Positions 48,814 to 59,057 of a stretch of 64,000 nucleotides of DNA are shown in pieces. The stretch's first letter is position 1, and each line of letters opens with the position of its first letter. Source of the DNA: Alphaproteobacteria bacterium. Its GTDB lineage: Bacteria > Pseudomonadota > Alphaproteobacteria > JAPOUT01 > G958296285. The translations under genes were made by a program, and so were the position numbers. Where the stretch lies: positions 556,744 through 620,743 of the forward strand of contig OZ242373.1 of NCBI GenBank assembly GCA_965209065.1, in the 5' to 3' direction. The notes beneath the pieces are model-generated. The model was not told the DNA's origin. It made no database searches and saw only the letters and a list, made by a program, of their open reading frames with translations.

Positions 48814-50097
48814 ATGCCTCTCGCCGAAACATTACGCCCGCGCGCCTTAAACGAGGTTTTAGGGCAGCCTCATTTACTCGAGCCCGATAGTCCTATCGGA
48901 CTAATGGCGGGCGGTGGCGCAAAAGGTAACAAGGTGAGCTCTATGATACTCTGGGGTCCGCCCGGTAGCGGTAAGACTACCATTGCGCGCTTGCTCGGTG
49001 GGCTGGATGGCTATGTGTTCGCGCCGGCATCTGCCACCGCAAGCGGGCTTGCGCATTTTCGTCAAATCTTTGCCGAAGCCCAAGAAAGAAAAGCGCAAGA
49101 TTCAAAGACCTTGCTTTTCATTGATGAGATTCACCGCCTCACGCGCACGCAGCAGGATGTTTTTCTGCCGGTGATAGAGGAGGGGCTTATCGTGCTGATT
49201 GGCGCGACGACTGAAAACCCGTCTTTTGCTTTGTCTTCGGCTTTGCTTTCGCGCGCGCGGGTTTTTGTGCTAGAGCGGCTTGATAGCGATGCTTTAGAGG
49301 CTTGTTTGGTGCGTGCGGAAGAGGCGCTCGGTAAGAAGCTACCGGTTAGCGCGGAGGCGAGGGAACATCTCAAGCATAGTGCTGATGGCGATGCGCGTTA
49401 TCTATTAACGATGGCGGAAAGCCTGTTTGAATTTGGTCATGGATTTGGGAGCGATGAAACTTTATCCACTGAGGCGATGACCAAATTAATCCAAACGCGC
49501 GCGCCCATTTACGACAAGTCTTACGAGGCGCATTACAATTTGATAAGCGCCTTGCATAAATCCATACGCGGCTCAGATGTCGATGCGTCTTTATATTGGT
49601 TAGCGCGAATGTTAGCGGGGGGCGAGGATGCTTTTTACATTCTCCGCCGTTTGGCGCGCGCGGCGAGCGAAGATATCGGCATGGCAGACCCTCAGGCTTT
49701 AGCGCAGATTATTGCCGCGCGAGAGACTTATGCTTTTTTGGGTTCGCCTGAAGGCGAGCTTGCCATCGCGCAAGCGGTTGTCTATCTAGCGACCGCACCG
49801 AAATCCAATTCAATTTACCTTGCTTTTAAGGAAGCGCAAGCTTTTGCTAAAGAGACGGGCTCTTTGCCTCCGCCTAAAAACATATTGAACGCGCCGACAA
49901 AGCTAATGAAAACGTTAGATTACGGCAAGGGCTATGTCTATGAGCATAACGAGCGCACGCGATTTTCGGGGCAGCCATTCTTCCCCGATAGCGTAGAGCA
50001 AAAGAAATTTTATCGCCCTGCCGCAACTGGCTTTGAGAAAGAAATAGAAAAGAGGCTTGCGTGGTGGCAAGGCTTGCGAGAAAAGAAAGATGCTTGA
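48814..50097 (+). CDS. rarA: Replication-associated recombination protein A (AAA+ ATPase)
   Basis: PLAE.LRP, WGPPGSGKTT, DEIHR, GATTENP, ISALHKSIRGSD, EDIG. Confidence 0.95.
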   Translation: MPLAETLRPRALNEVLGQPHLLEPDSPIGLMAGGGAKGNKVSSMILWGPPGSGKTTIARLLGGLDGYVFAPASATASGLAHFRQIFAEAQERKAQDSKTLLFIDEIHRLTRTQQDVFLPVIEEGLIVLIGATTENPSFALSSALLSRARVFVLERLDSDALEACLVRAEEALGKKLPVSAEAREHLKHSADGDARYLLTMAESLFEFGHGFGSDETLSTEAMTKLIQTRAPIYDKSYEAHYNLISALHKSIRGSDVDASLYWLARMLAGGEDAFYILRRLARAASEDIGMADPQALAQIIAARETYAFLGSPEGELAIAQAVVYLATAPKSNSIYLAFKEAQAFAKETGSLPPPKNILNAPTKLMKTLDYGKGYVYEHNERTRFSGQPFFPDSVEQKKFYRPAATGFEKEIEKRLAWWQGLREKKDA

Positions 50098-50974
50098 AAG
50101 AATTATTGAAACGACCGACAATGATATTCGTTTGGATAGATGGTTCAAGCGGCATTACCCCCTTTTGCCTCACGCTAAGGTGGAGCAGTTATTGCGCAAG
50201 GGTGTTATTCGGCTTGACAACAAGCGCGCCAAAGCCGCAGAGCATATCAAAGCGGGGCAGGTGCTATGTTTTCCTGCTTTCAGCAACGAGGATAAACCCG
50301 AAGCCAAAACCATTAGCATAACAAAACAGCAAAAGCGCGAGCTGCTGGACAGGGTCTTGCATAAAAATGACCGCCTGCTCGTGTTCAACAAGCCTTCGGG
50401 TTTAGCGGTTCAAGGCGGAACGAAAACCGGCAAGCATTTAGACGCGATGTTAGACAACTTGAAGTTTGGTTTGGACGAGCGACCGCGTTTGGTTCATCGG
50501 TTGGATAAGGCGACAAGTGGTATTTTATTGCTCGCGCGCACGATTTTGGCAGCGACCGAGCTCACCGGTTATTTTCGCCGCCAAGAGGTGGAGAAAACCT
50601 ACTGGGCTTTGCTGGAAGGCGTGCCGGTGCGCGAGCAGGGCGAGCTGGTAAGCGAGATTGATGGCAGGGAGGCAAAGACCGAATATGAGGTTATCGATAA
50701 TGCCGCGCGGCGTTTTTCTTGGGTGGTTTTTCGCCCGCGCACCGGGCGGAAGCATCAGCTACGGGTGCATGCGGCTTTGCTGGGTGCTGCGGTCGTGGGG
50801 GACAGGCGCTACGGCAGCACGGCTGATTTGGGGGATAGCAATTCGGGAGATAAGAGCCTTCATCTTCACGCGCGCTCGCTAGGCTTGCCTACCGGGGAGC
50901 TATTTACCGCCGAGCCGCCGCCTCATTTTCAAGACTCCCTGCAAAAATTAGGTTTTAGCAAAAAAATTGATTAA
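50090..50974 (+). CDS. RluA/RluC-family pseudouridine synthase with S4 domain
   Basis: RLDRW, NKPSGLAVQGG, VHRLDKATSG, TGRKHQLRVH, LHLHA. Confidence 0.93.
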   Translation: MLERIIETTDNDIRLDRWFKRHYPLLPHAKVEQLLRKGVIRLDNKRAKAAEHIKAGQVLCFPAFSNEDKPEAKTISITKQQKRELLDRVLHKNDRLLVFNKPSGLAVQGGTKTGKHLDAMLDNLKFGLDERPRLVHRLDKATSGILLLARTILAATELTGYFRRQEVEKTYWALLEGVPVREQGELVSEIDGREAKTEYEVIDNAARRFSWVVFRPRTGRKHQLRVHAALLGAAVVGDRRYGSTADLGDSNSGDKSLHLHARSLGLPTGELFTAEPPPHFQDSLQKLGFSKKID

Positions 50975-51039
50975 AAAGGCGTGAGGGTGCTTGACATAAA
51001 AGCGATAGAGGGTTCAAAGTATAGATAGGGGAGGGGAAG

Positions 51040-52581
51040 ATGGCAGAAACAAAAGAGATATTAGCCCAGTTAGCCGCGCGGCGCGAAGCCGCTCGCAAAG
51101 GCGGCGGCGACAAGCGCATTGACACGCAGCATAACAAGGGCAAGCTGACGGCACGCGAGCGCATTGCGATTTTGCTGGACGAGGGGTCGTTCGAAGAATT
51201 TGATATGTTTGTCGAGCATGAGTGTCAAGATTTCTCTATGGCAGACACGCGCATTCCGGGTGATGGCGTTATCACTGGCTGGGGGACGATACATCGCCGT
51301 CCGGTTTATATTTTCGCGAAAGACTTTACGGTTTTTGGCGGGTCGCTATCGCGTAGTCATGCGCGCAAGGTGAATAAGGTTCAAGATTTGGCGTTGCGCT
51401 CGGGTGCGCCGATAATCGGTTTGTTTGATGCGGGCGGCGCGCGTATCCAAGAGGGCGTTGATGCACTCGGTGGGTTTGGTGAAGTGTTCACGCGCAACAC
51501 GCTTGCCTCGGGCGTGATACCGCAAATATCTTTGATTATGGGACCTTGCGCGGGTGGTGATGTTTATTCGCCGGCGATTACTGATTTCATTTTTATGGTC
51601 AAGGGTTCCTCAACAATGTTTGTAACCGGACCGAATGTTGTGAAGACCGTTACCAATGAGGATGTGTCTGCAGAAAAGTTAGGTGGTGCGCGGCTTCATA
51701 CGACAAAATCTTCGGTTGCCGATGGCGCTTATGACAACGATGCTGATTTGCTAACGCAAATTAGAAGGCTGATAGATTTTTTGCCTTCGTCCAATCGCGA
51801 GAACCCGCCGCACCGCGATGTAAATGATGAGCCCGCGCGTTCGGAAAACTCTCTCGACACACTCGTGCCACAAAACCCCAATATGCCTTATGACATTAAA
51901 GAAGCCATTCTAAAAATTATTGACGAAGAGGATTTCTTTGAAATTCAAGAAAACTTTGCGCGTAATATCATTGTCGGCTTCGCGCGCATTAACGGCGATA
52001 CGGTTGGCATTGTGGCTAATCAGCCGATGGTGCTTGCGGGCGTTTTGGATAGCGATGCTTCGCGCAAAGCGGCACGTTTCATTCGTTTTTGCGACTGCTT
52101 CAACATACCGATTATTACTTTTGTTGATGTGCCGGGTTTTCTACCTGGCACTTCGCAGGAATCGGGCGGCATCATTAAGCACGGCGCGAAACTGCTCTTT
52201 GCTTACATCGAGGCGACCGTGCCGAAAATAACGATTATCACGCGCAAGGCTTATGGCGGTGCTTATCTGGTGATGTCGTCTAAGCATTGCCGCGCGGATA
52301 TTAACTACGCGTGGCCCTCCGCCGAAATAGCCGTGATGGGTGCTAAGGGCGCGGTTGAAATCCTATACCGCAACGAGCTTGAGCAAACAGAAAAAATCAA
52401 TACCTATATCAAGCAATATGAAGACCAGTTTCTCAATCCTTTTATTGTCGCCAAGCGCGGTTATATTGATGATGTTATTATGCCGCGCAACACGCGCCGC
52501 CGCATCTCGCGCGCTTTGACTTTGCTGCGCAACAAAAAGCAAGAAAATCCGTGGAAAAAGCACGATAACATTCCCCTATAG
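51040..52581 (+). CDS. pccB: Propionyl-CoA carboxylase beta chain (carboxyltransferase)
   Basis: [47 protein letters not shown]. Confidence 0.93.
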   Translation: MAETKEILAQLAARREAARKGGGDKRIDTQHNKGKLTARERIAILLDEGSFEEFDMFVEHECQDFSMADTRIPGDGVITGWGTIHRRPVYIFAKDFTVFGGSLSRSHARKVNKVQDLALRSGAPIIGLFDAGGARIQEGVDALGGFGEVFTRNTLASGVIPQISLIMGPCAGGDVYSPAITDFIFMVKGSSTMFVTGPNVVKTVTNEDVSAEKLGGARLHTTKSSVADGAYDNDADLLTQIRRLIDFLPSSNRENPPHRDVNDEPARSENSLDTLVPQNPNMPYDIKEAILKIIDEEDFFEIQENFARNIIVGFARINGDTVGIVANQPMVLAGVLDSDASRKAARFIRFCDCFNIPIITFVDVPGFLPGTSQESGGIIKHGAKLLFAYIEATVPKITIITRKAYGGAYLVMSSKHCRADINYAWPSAEIAVMGAKGAVEILYRNELEQTEKINTYIKQYEDQFLNPFIVAKRGYIDDVIMPRNTRRRISRALTLLRNKKQENPWKKHDNIPL

Positions 52582-52593
52582 ATGTTGAAATAG

Positions 52594-54621
52594 ATGTTGA
52601 AAAAAATTCTCATAGCCAATCGCGGCGAAATAGCTTGCCGAATTATGCGAACCGCGAAGCGCCTCGGCATTGAAACGGTTGCGGTTTATTCGGAGGCTGA
52701 CGCTCAGGCGCTACACGTGCAGATGGCAGATGAGGCGGTTTTTCTAGGACCTCCGCCGGCGAGTCAATCCTATCTTTTGGCGGATAAAATTTTGGAAGCC
52801 GCGAAGCAAACCGGTGCGGATTCCATTCACCCGGGCTATGGCTTTTTGTCCGAGAACACGGGCTTCTCGCAAAAGGCGGCGCAGGCAGGCATTACATTCA
52901 TCGGTCCCAACGCGAAGGCGATAGAGCTGATGGGGGATAAAATCATCTCCAAGCAGATAGCGGCGGACGCGGGCGTGAATACGATTCCCGGCTACAAAGA
53001 TGAGATTAAAGACGAGGCGCGTGCGTTAGAGATAGCGCGCGATGTTGGTTTTCCAGTGATGATAAAGGCGGCGGCAGGCGGCGGCGGCAAGGGCATGCGT
53101 GTCGCTTACAACGAGCAGGATTTGCGCGAAGGCTTTGGCGCGGCGGGGCGCGAGGCGAAGGCTTCTTTTGGCGATGACCGCGTTTTCATTGAAAAGTTCA
53201 TAGAGAGTCCGCGCCACATTGAAATTCAGGTGCTTTGTGATAAGCATGGGCAGGGGGTTTATCTCGCTGAGCGTGAGTGTTCGGTGCAAAGGCGCAACCA
53301 AAAAGTTATTGAGGAAGCGCCGAGTTCTTTTTTGACTCCTGAGATTCGTGCGCAGATGGGCGAGCAGTCTTTATTGCTTGCCAAGGCGGTTGGCTATGAC
53401 AGCGCGGGCACGGTGGAATTTGTTATGGGACAAGACCAAAAATTTTATTTCCTTGAGATGAATACGCGGCTACAGGTAGAGCACCCCGTTACCGAATATA
53501 TCACCGGGCTAGATTTGGTAGAGGAGATGATTCTGATTGCGGCGGGAGAAAAATTGCGCTATCAGCAAGCGGATATAAAAATCAAGGGCTGGGCTTTTGA
53601 ATCGCGGCTTTATTCTGAAGACCCCGAAAATGAGTTTATGCCTTCCACCGGGCGGTTATCGTGGTTTCGCCCGCACGAGATGGTGGAGACCGACCCGAAC
53701 ATTCGCTTAGATAGTGGCGTAGAGGAAGGCGACAGCATTTCTATGTTTTATGACCCGATGATAGCGAAGCTCATCACCTATGGGGATAATCGCAAAGAGG
53801 CTATCAATAAGATGGTTCGTGTGTTGGATAGTTTTCGTTTAGAGGGGGTTCGGCATAATTTACAATTTTTAAGTGCGATTTTTAATCACCCTCGCTTTAT
53901 TGACGGCGATATTGATACAGGCTTTATCGCTCAAGAGTGGCGCGATGGTTTCAAGGGTGCGCACCTCAGCGAGCGCGGATATAAAATATGTTATAGCGTT
54001 GGTTTGTTTATTTACCAGAAGTATCGGCAGCGCGCGCGTGCTATTCCGGGTGGCGCGCGTGTGCCGAGCATTTTTCCACGAACGCGGCTCATTGCTCGCG
54101 TTGATGACGGGCACCAAATGAAATTGTTTGATGTCGATTATAACTGGCTGAATGATAGCGAACTTCATATTAAGCAAGATGATTTAGATTTTTCGGTGGT
54201 TAGCTCTAGCTGGCGTTCGGGGGATAAGTTCTGGCAAGGCTCGGTTGATGGCAAGGAGATTATTTTACAAATACAAAGAACGGCAGGCGGGTTGCAGCTT
54301 TTTTATCACGGCGCGCGCGTGAATATCCACTTGCGGACGAAGTCTGCAGATGGAATTGCTTCTCAATTACCCGACCGCCAAGACGTTAGCGATGACACGG
54401 AACTTCTATGCCCTATGCCGGGGCAGATAACGCTAGTTTATGTTAAAGAGGGAGATGTTGTCGGCAAGGGTCAGCCTCTACTCATTATCGAGGCGATGAA
54501 AATGGAAAACATTTTGCGCGCCGAAAATCAAGTGAAGGTTAAGAAGATTCTATGTCAAGCGGGTCAAAATGTTGGCTTTGAAGATTTGCTAATGGAATTT
54601 GAAATAGAGTCGAAAAACTAG
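52594..54621 (+). CDS. pccA: Propionyl-CoA carboxylase alpha chain (biotin carboxylase + BCCP)
   Basis: IANRGEIA, HPGYGFLSEN, GGGGKGMR, EMNTRLQVEHPVTE, EAMKM biotinyl motif. Confidence 0.92.
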   Translation: MLKKILIANRGEIACRIMRTAKRLGIETVAVYSEADAQALHVQMADEAVFLGPPPASQSYLLADKILEAAKQTGADSIHPGYGFLSENTGFSQKAAQAGITFIGPNAKAIELMGDKIISKQIAADAGVNTIPGYKDEIKDEARALEIARDVGFPVMIKAAAGGGGKGMRVAYNEQDLREGFGAAGREAKASFGDDRVFIEKFIESPRHIEIQVLCDKHGQGVYLAERECSVQRRNQKVIEEAPSSFLTPEIRAQMGEQSLLLAKAVGYDSAGTVEFVMGQDQKFYFLEMNTRLQVEHPVTEYITGLDLVEEMILIAAGEKLRYQQADIKIKGWAFESRLYSEDPENEFMPSTGRLSWFRPHEMVETDPNIRLDSGVEEGDSISMFYDPMIAKLITYGDNRKEAINKMVRVLDSFRLEGVRHNLQFLSAIFNHPRFIDGDIDTGFIAQEWRDGFKGAHLSERGYKICYSVGLFIYQKYRQRARAIPGGARVPSIFPRTRLIARVDDGHQMKLFDVDYNWLNDSELHIKQDDLDFSVVSSSWRSGDKFWQGSVDGKEIILQIQRTAGGLQLFYHGARVNIHLRTKSADGIASQLPDRQDVSDDTELLCPMPGQITLVYVKEGDVVGKGQPLLIIEAMKMENILRAENQVKVKKILCQAGQNVGFEDLLMEFEIESKN

Positions 54622-55237
54622 TTTTAAGCGCTTCATCAAACTGCGCGATAGAAATGTCGTGTCCGCATGCGGCGATGCTGGTAATGCCTTTATCTTTAAT
54701 ACCGCACGGGATAATGCCTTGATAATGGGTAAGGTCTGGGTTGATATTAACCGCGATGCCGTGCGTGCTAATCCAATGGCGTAGCTGGATGCCCATCGCG
54801 GCTATTTTTTCATCGCCGACCCAAAGCCCAATATTGTTCTTATCAGCTTTTGCCTCAATATCAAAATGGGCGAGGGCAGCGCAGACCCAAGCCTCGAGCG
54901 CACGAATGAATGCGCGCACGTCCTTGCGGTGTCGGCGCAAATCTAGGATAAGATAAATGACGCGCTGCCCCGGTCCGTGATAGGTCATTTTTCCGCCGCG
55001 CTTCGTTTTATAGACGGGCAAGGCTGCCTGAGGCAGTTCTTGACTTAAAACCTCCGCCTCTATATTTGCCGAAACGCCCGCCGTCCAGAGCGGAGGATGT
55101 TCTAAAAGCCAAACGCTCTCTTTATTTTGTCCATTTTTTACTTGCGTGTAAAGTTTTTCCATCGCAAGCATAGCTTGTGGATATTCAATTAAACCACTAG
55201 AAATAAACCAATTTATATGAGTTTCTTTATTTAACAT
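54539..55237 (-). CDS. lipB: Lipoyl(octanoyl) transferase
   Basis: LLEHPP.WT.G, RGGKMTYHGPGQ, KIAAMG, HG.A.N, IIPCG. Confidence 0.95.
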   Translation of the reverse strand: MLNKETHINWFISSGLIEYPQAMLAMEKLYTQVKNGQNKESVWLLEHPPLWTAGVSANIEAEVLSQELPQAALPVYKTKRGGKMTYHGPGQRVIYLILDLRRHRKDVRAFIRALEAWVCAALAHFDIEAKADKNNIGLWVGDEKIAAMGIQLRHWISTHGIAVNINPDLTHYQGIIPCGIKDKGITSIAACGHDISIAQFDEALKTSFSTLFQIPLANLQSQHFDPLDIESS

Positions 55238-55309
55238 AATAGTTGTGTTATTTAATCAAAAATACATATTTTATTTGCATTTTATAGTTGAAAGTGCCAA
55301 GATTCCCCT

Positions 55310-55798
55310 ATGCTACCAATAGTTCTTAATATAGAGAAGCAGAAATATGTCGTGCTTGGCGAAGGCGAGGCTTTCCAGCGCAGGCGAGAGCTTCTGTCTC
55401 AAGCAGGGTGCGATTTTCTAACGAACCCTAAGGCTATCCCGGCGAGGAGCATTGTTTTCATCGCAGGGCTGGAGAGGGAAGAGTCAGAGCGGCTTTATCA
55501 AGCCGCGCGCTTGGCGGGAGCTTTGGTGAATACAGAGGATATTCCTCCTTTGTGTGATTTTCACATGCCGGCGCAAGTTCGGCGGGGCGATTTGCTACTG
55601 ACGGTTTCCACTGGGGGCAATGCGCCGTCTTTGTCGCGCATTCTCAAGGAGCATCTCGCCGCGCAGTTTGGCGTAGAGTGGGAGGGCAGGCTCAAACGCT
55701 TAGCCGATAAGCGCAAGAGCTGGCGCACCGAAGGCAAAACACCAAAAGAAATCTCAGCCGCCGCGATGCGCTTTGTGGAGCAAGAAAAATGGCTATAG
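55310..55798 (+). CDS. Precorrin-2 dehydrogenase/sirohydrochlorin ferrochelatase (CysG N-terminal/SirC-like)
   Basis: LPI.L, VNTEDIPPLCDF..PA.V.RG.L...VSTGG.AP. Confidence 0.85.
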   Translation: MLPIVLNIEKQKYVVLGEGEAFQRRRELLSQAGCDFLTNPKAIPARSIVFIAGLEREESERLYQAARLAGALVNTEDIPPLCDFHMPAQVRRGDLLLTVSTGGNAPSLSRILKEHLAAQFGVEWEGRLKRLADKRKSWRTEGKTPKEISAAAMRFVEQEKWL

Positions 55799-56544
55799 CC
55801 ACGCAAGAAAAAGAGAGCCACCCCTATTTGGCGAAACTAGCCCAGCTCCGCGCGAGCTGGGAGGGCATTGAAGGCGAAGCGCTCATCACCAAAGCGATAG
55901 AGGAATTTGGCGAGCGCCTCGCGATGACTTGTTCTTTTGGCTCGGAGTCGGTTGTAGAATTACATATGCTTTCGCGAATAAGTCCTTCAACAAAAGTTGT
56001 TTTTTTGGATACAGGCAAGCTGTTCGGCGAGACTTTGCGTTATCGTGATTTGTTGGCGGAGAAGCTCAAGCTGACGAATATCCAAACGATGAACCCCGAC
56101 CCTGCCGACACCCAGCGGCTTGACCCGAAGGGCAGGCTTTGGAGTGAGACGCCCGACTTGTGCTGTCATTTTCGTAAAACCTTACCGCAAGAAAGGGCGC
56201 TTGAGGGCGTTGATGCCATTATCACCGGGCGCAAGCGGTTTCAGACGGCGTTAAGGCAAAATATGCCTTTTGTCGATTTGGTGCAGAAGCCTGAAAGCTT
56301 CGAGGGTCTGCGCTGGACGATTAACCCGCTTGCCGCTTGGAGTCTAGAGCAGATAGAGGGTTATATCCAAGAGCACGAACTCCCGGTTCATCCTTTAGTG
56401 AAAGAGGGATTTTTGTCTATCGGCTGCATGCCGTGCACCGAGCGCACGAGCAAAGAACGCTACCGCGAAGGACGCTGGGCGGGGCGCGATAAAGAGGAAT
56501 GTGGCATTCATCAGAACTCCTTTTCTGACGGAGCAGGGATTTAG
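55789..56544 (+). CDS. cysH: (Phospho)adenylyl-sulfate reductase, Fe-S (APS-reductase-like) type
   Basis: SFG, FLDTG, CC...K, ITGR, SIGCMPCT, GRW, ECGIH. Confidence 0.9.
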   Translation: MAIATQEKESHPYLAKLAQLRASWEGIEGEALITKAIEEFGERLAMTCSFGSESVVELHMLSRISPSTKVVFLDTGKLFGETLRYRDLLAEKLKLTNIQTMNPDPADTQRLDPKGRLWSETPDLCCHFRKTLPQERALEGVDAIITGRKRFQTALRQNMPFVDLVQKPESFEGLRWTINPLAAWSLEQIEGYIQEHELPVHPLVKEGFLSIGCMPCTERTSKERYREGRWAGRDKEECGIHQNSFSDGAGI

Positions 56545-56648
56545 TTTTTATTAACTTCTAAAGGGTTATTATAGTTAAAGTAACCCGTGATTCTTCTCGG
56601 CTTCTTATTGCCATATTGGTGTTATATTGGTGTTATATTGGTTAATAT

Positions 56649-56736
56649 GCGGTCGTGGCGGAATTGGTAGACGCGCAGCGTTGAGGGCGCTGTGGGATAA
56701 TATCCCGTGGAAGTTCAAGTCTTCTCGACCGCACCA
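56649..56736 (+). tRNA. tRNA-Leu(GAG)
   Basis: Acceptor GCGGTCG/CGACCGC-ACCA, D-loop GGAATTGGTAGAC, anticodon stem CAGCG/CGCTG with loop TTGAGGG, long variable arm, GTTCAAG T-loop. Confidence 0.95.
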
Positions 56737-56776
56737 AATTTTTGGGCGGTAGAGAAAAAGATAAAAGGAGACCGCT

Positions 56777-58165
56777 ATGTCTGAAGCAACTAACTTACTC
56801 ACAGAAGATGGATCTATAAATCCTGAGACCGTTCGTCGGGTGTCGTTGAATATCCGCGCCGAGCGTTTTGATGACGTCCGCGATTTATGTAAGGAGCTAC
56901 ATTATGTCGATTTCGGCGACTTAATTGAAAACTTGCCTCCAGTCTATCGGCATAAAATCGTTGAAATTATGGACAATGCCTTCGACCCGCGCGTGTGGAT
57001 GGAGCTCAATGAAACCGTGCGCGATAACATCGCGGTTAAGTTAGACCCTGTTTTTATTACACACCAAATATCTCAAATGGATTCGCACGATGCGCTCTTT
57101 CTTATTCACCATTTGCCTGAGGCAGAGCAGCAAGCAATCCTCTCTAACCAAGAGGTGCCTGACTGGGAAAAAAAGGAAATTGAGGAAAGCCTCCACTATA
57201 AAGAAGGCACCGCAGGACACGTGATGCACCATGACTTGGTGCGCTCTGACCCTAATTGGAATATCGGGCAACTCAATAAGTTTTTACACGAAGAGAAAGA
57301 AAAACTCCCCGCAAAATACCTAGAGGTTTATCTGGTTGATGAGGCAAACAAGCCTTTAGGCTCTGTGCCTTTAAGCAAAATCGCCAGTGCCGAAGAAGAC
57401 GAGAAACTTATGGACATGGTCGAGGATAGACCTATTTTTATGCCGGTTGATATGAAAAATAATGAGGTGGCGTTTCGGTTTCAGAAATATCATTTATTTT
57501 CGGCGGGTGTCATCAATGAAGTGGGGGAGCTTGTCGGGCGCATCACCTCGGAGGATATGGTCGGTATCATTTCCGATGAGGCAGAAAAAGAGGCGAAGCA
57601 GCTCGCGGGCGTGAGCGGCGATAGTATCTTTAACAATATCATTCCGGCGACACGCAATCGGTTTAAGTGGTTGTTTGTCAATTTGTTCACCGCGATTATT
57701 GCTTCTTCGGTGATTAGCATTTTCGACGGCACGATAGAGCAGTTTGTCGCGCTTGCGGTGCTAATGCCGATTGTTGCCTCTATGGGAGGCGTGGCGGGAA
57801 CGCAGACGCTCACCATCGCCGTGCGCGCGATTGCCACGCACGAGCTGCGCTCAAGCAACCAGTTCAGCGTTGTTTATCGAGAGCTTGCCATAGGCATTTT
57901 GAACGGGCTAGGCTTTGCGGTGTTGATTGGCGCGGCGGGCGGCTTTTATGCCAATAGCATTGGAACGGGAATTATTTTAGGCGGGGCTTTAATTTTAACA
58001 ATGATTGTCGCTGCTTTATCGGGCGTTATGGTTCCGGTGCTGATTGATAAATTTGGTGCTGACCCTGCGCTGTCATCGGGTGTGTTTGTTACCACGGTTA
58101 CTGATGTCGTTGGCTTTGTGACTTTCTTAGGCACGGCGACTTTATTTCTTAGCTATTTGTTGTAA
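56777..58165 (+). CDS. mgtE: Magnesium transporter MgtE
   Basis: N-domain, CBS pair, 5 TM with LMPIVASMGG, DPA, TTVTDVVG. Confidence 0.93.
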   Translation: MSEATNLLTEDGSINPETVRRVSLNIRAERFDDVRDLCKELHYVDFGDLIENLPPVYRHKIVEIMDNAFDPRVWMELNETVRDNIAVKLDPVFITHQISQMDSHDALFLIHHLPEAEQQAILSNQEVPDWEKKEIEESLHYKEGTAGHVMHHDLVRSDPNWNIGQLNKFLHEEKEKLPAKYLEVYLVDEANKPLGSVPLSKIASAEEDEKLMDMVEDRPIFMPVDMKNNEVAFRFQKYHLFSAGVINEVGELVGRITSEDMVGIISDEAEKEAKQLAGVSGDSIFNNIIPATRNRFKWLFVNLFTAIIASSVISIFDGTIEQFVALAVLMPIVASMGGVAGTQTLTIAVRAIATHELRSSNQFSVVYRELAIGILNGLGFAVLIGAAGGFYANSIGTGIILGGALILTMIVAALSGVMVPVLIDKFGADPALSSGVFVTTVTDVVGFVTFLGTATLFLSYLL

Positions 58166-58166
58166 G

Positions 58167-58571
58167 TTGCTCCACTTGCTTAAATTATGCGTTGGCGTTG
58201 AGACTCCACAAGCGCTTGTTAAGCTACAAAAAGGAAGAAAAGAGCTTTTTCACATCACGCGCCATTTTCCTAAAAGGGCAGAGGAGCTATTAGACGGCGG
58301 CTCGCTTTACTGGATATTTTCAGGCTTTATTCGCGCGCGGCAAAAAATTGTCGCGCTAGAGGAGGTGTTTGAAGAGCAGGTGTTTGAAAATGAAAGTGAA
58401 AAGGGGGAGCAGCTTAAAAAGTGTAAAATTGTTTTAGGACAAAAGCTCGTTTTGACCGAAAGTCGCCCGCACAGACCCTTTCAAGGTTGGCGCTATTTTG
58501 ATAACCCGCCTTTGGACTTGAAGCCAGAAAACATGCCCGCCGAATTGATTAAGGCTTTAGGGCTAGATTAG
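58167..58571 (+). CDS. DUF1489-family protein
   Basis: LHLLKLCVG, TRHFPKR..E.L.GGSLYW, RPFQGWRY. Confidence 0.8.
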   Translation: MLHLLKLCVGVETPQALVKLQKGRKELFHITRHFPKRAEELLDGGSLYWIFSGFIRARQKIVALEEVFEEQVFENESEKGEQLKKCKIVLGQKLVLTESRPHRPFQGWRYFDNPPLDLKPENMPAELIKALGLD

Positions 58572-58577
58572 CTTGAA

Positions 58578-59057
58578 CTATAATCCCCCGAACTTATAGT
58601 TCCCTGATTTGCCGCCGGTTTTTTCAAGCAAGCGCGTGGCTTCAATCACCATTCCCTTATCAAGCGCCTTCGCCATATCGTAAATTGTTAAAGCGGCGAT
58701 GCTTGCGGCAGTTAAGGCTTCCATCTCCACGCCGGTGCGGTCAAAAGCCTCGACGCGCGCGTGAATGATAATCTCCGTTTCCTTTAGCTCTAGCTCCACC
58801 GCGATAGACGTTAGCGCAAGCGGGTGGCATAGGGGGATAAGCTCGGCGGTCTTTTTCGCCGCCATAATGCCAGCGAGGCGCGCGGTCTCAAGCACATTGC
58901 CCTTTTTGTTGTTGCCTGCCTTTATCGCGGACAGGGTTTCGGCTTTCACCTTTACCCTAGATTGCGCCAGCGCGGTGCGTTTGCTGGCGGCTTTGCTTGA
59001 AACATCAACCATACGCGCCTCACCTTTTTTATTGATGTGGGTTAAATCTTTACTCAT
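58578..59057 (-). CDS. moaC: Cyclic pyranopterin monophosphate synthase
   Basis: [33 protein letters not shown]. Confidence 0.97.
   Translation of the reverse strand: MSKDLTHINKKGEARMVDVSSKAASKRTALAQSRVKVKAETLSAIKAGNNKKGNVLETARLAGIMAAKKTAELIPLCHPLALTSIAVELELKETEIIIHARVEAFDRTGVEMEALTAASIAALTIYDMAKALDKGMVIEATRLLEKTGGKSGNYKFGGL

Noticed and set aside
50991-51026. Perfect TTGACA upstream of pccB
   Set aside because: No convincing -10 at 16-18 bp spacing, so no promoter was called.
56649-56776. tRNA-Leu as an integration site
   Set aside because: No integrase and no duplicated tRNA 3' end seen; mgtE follows directly.
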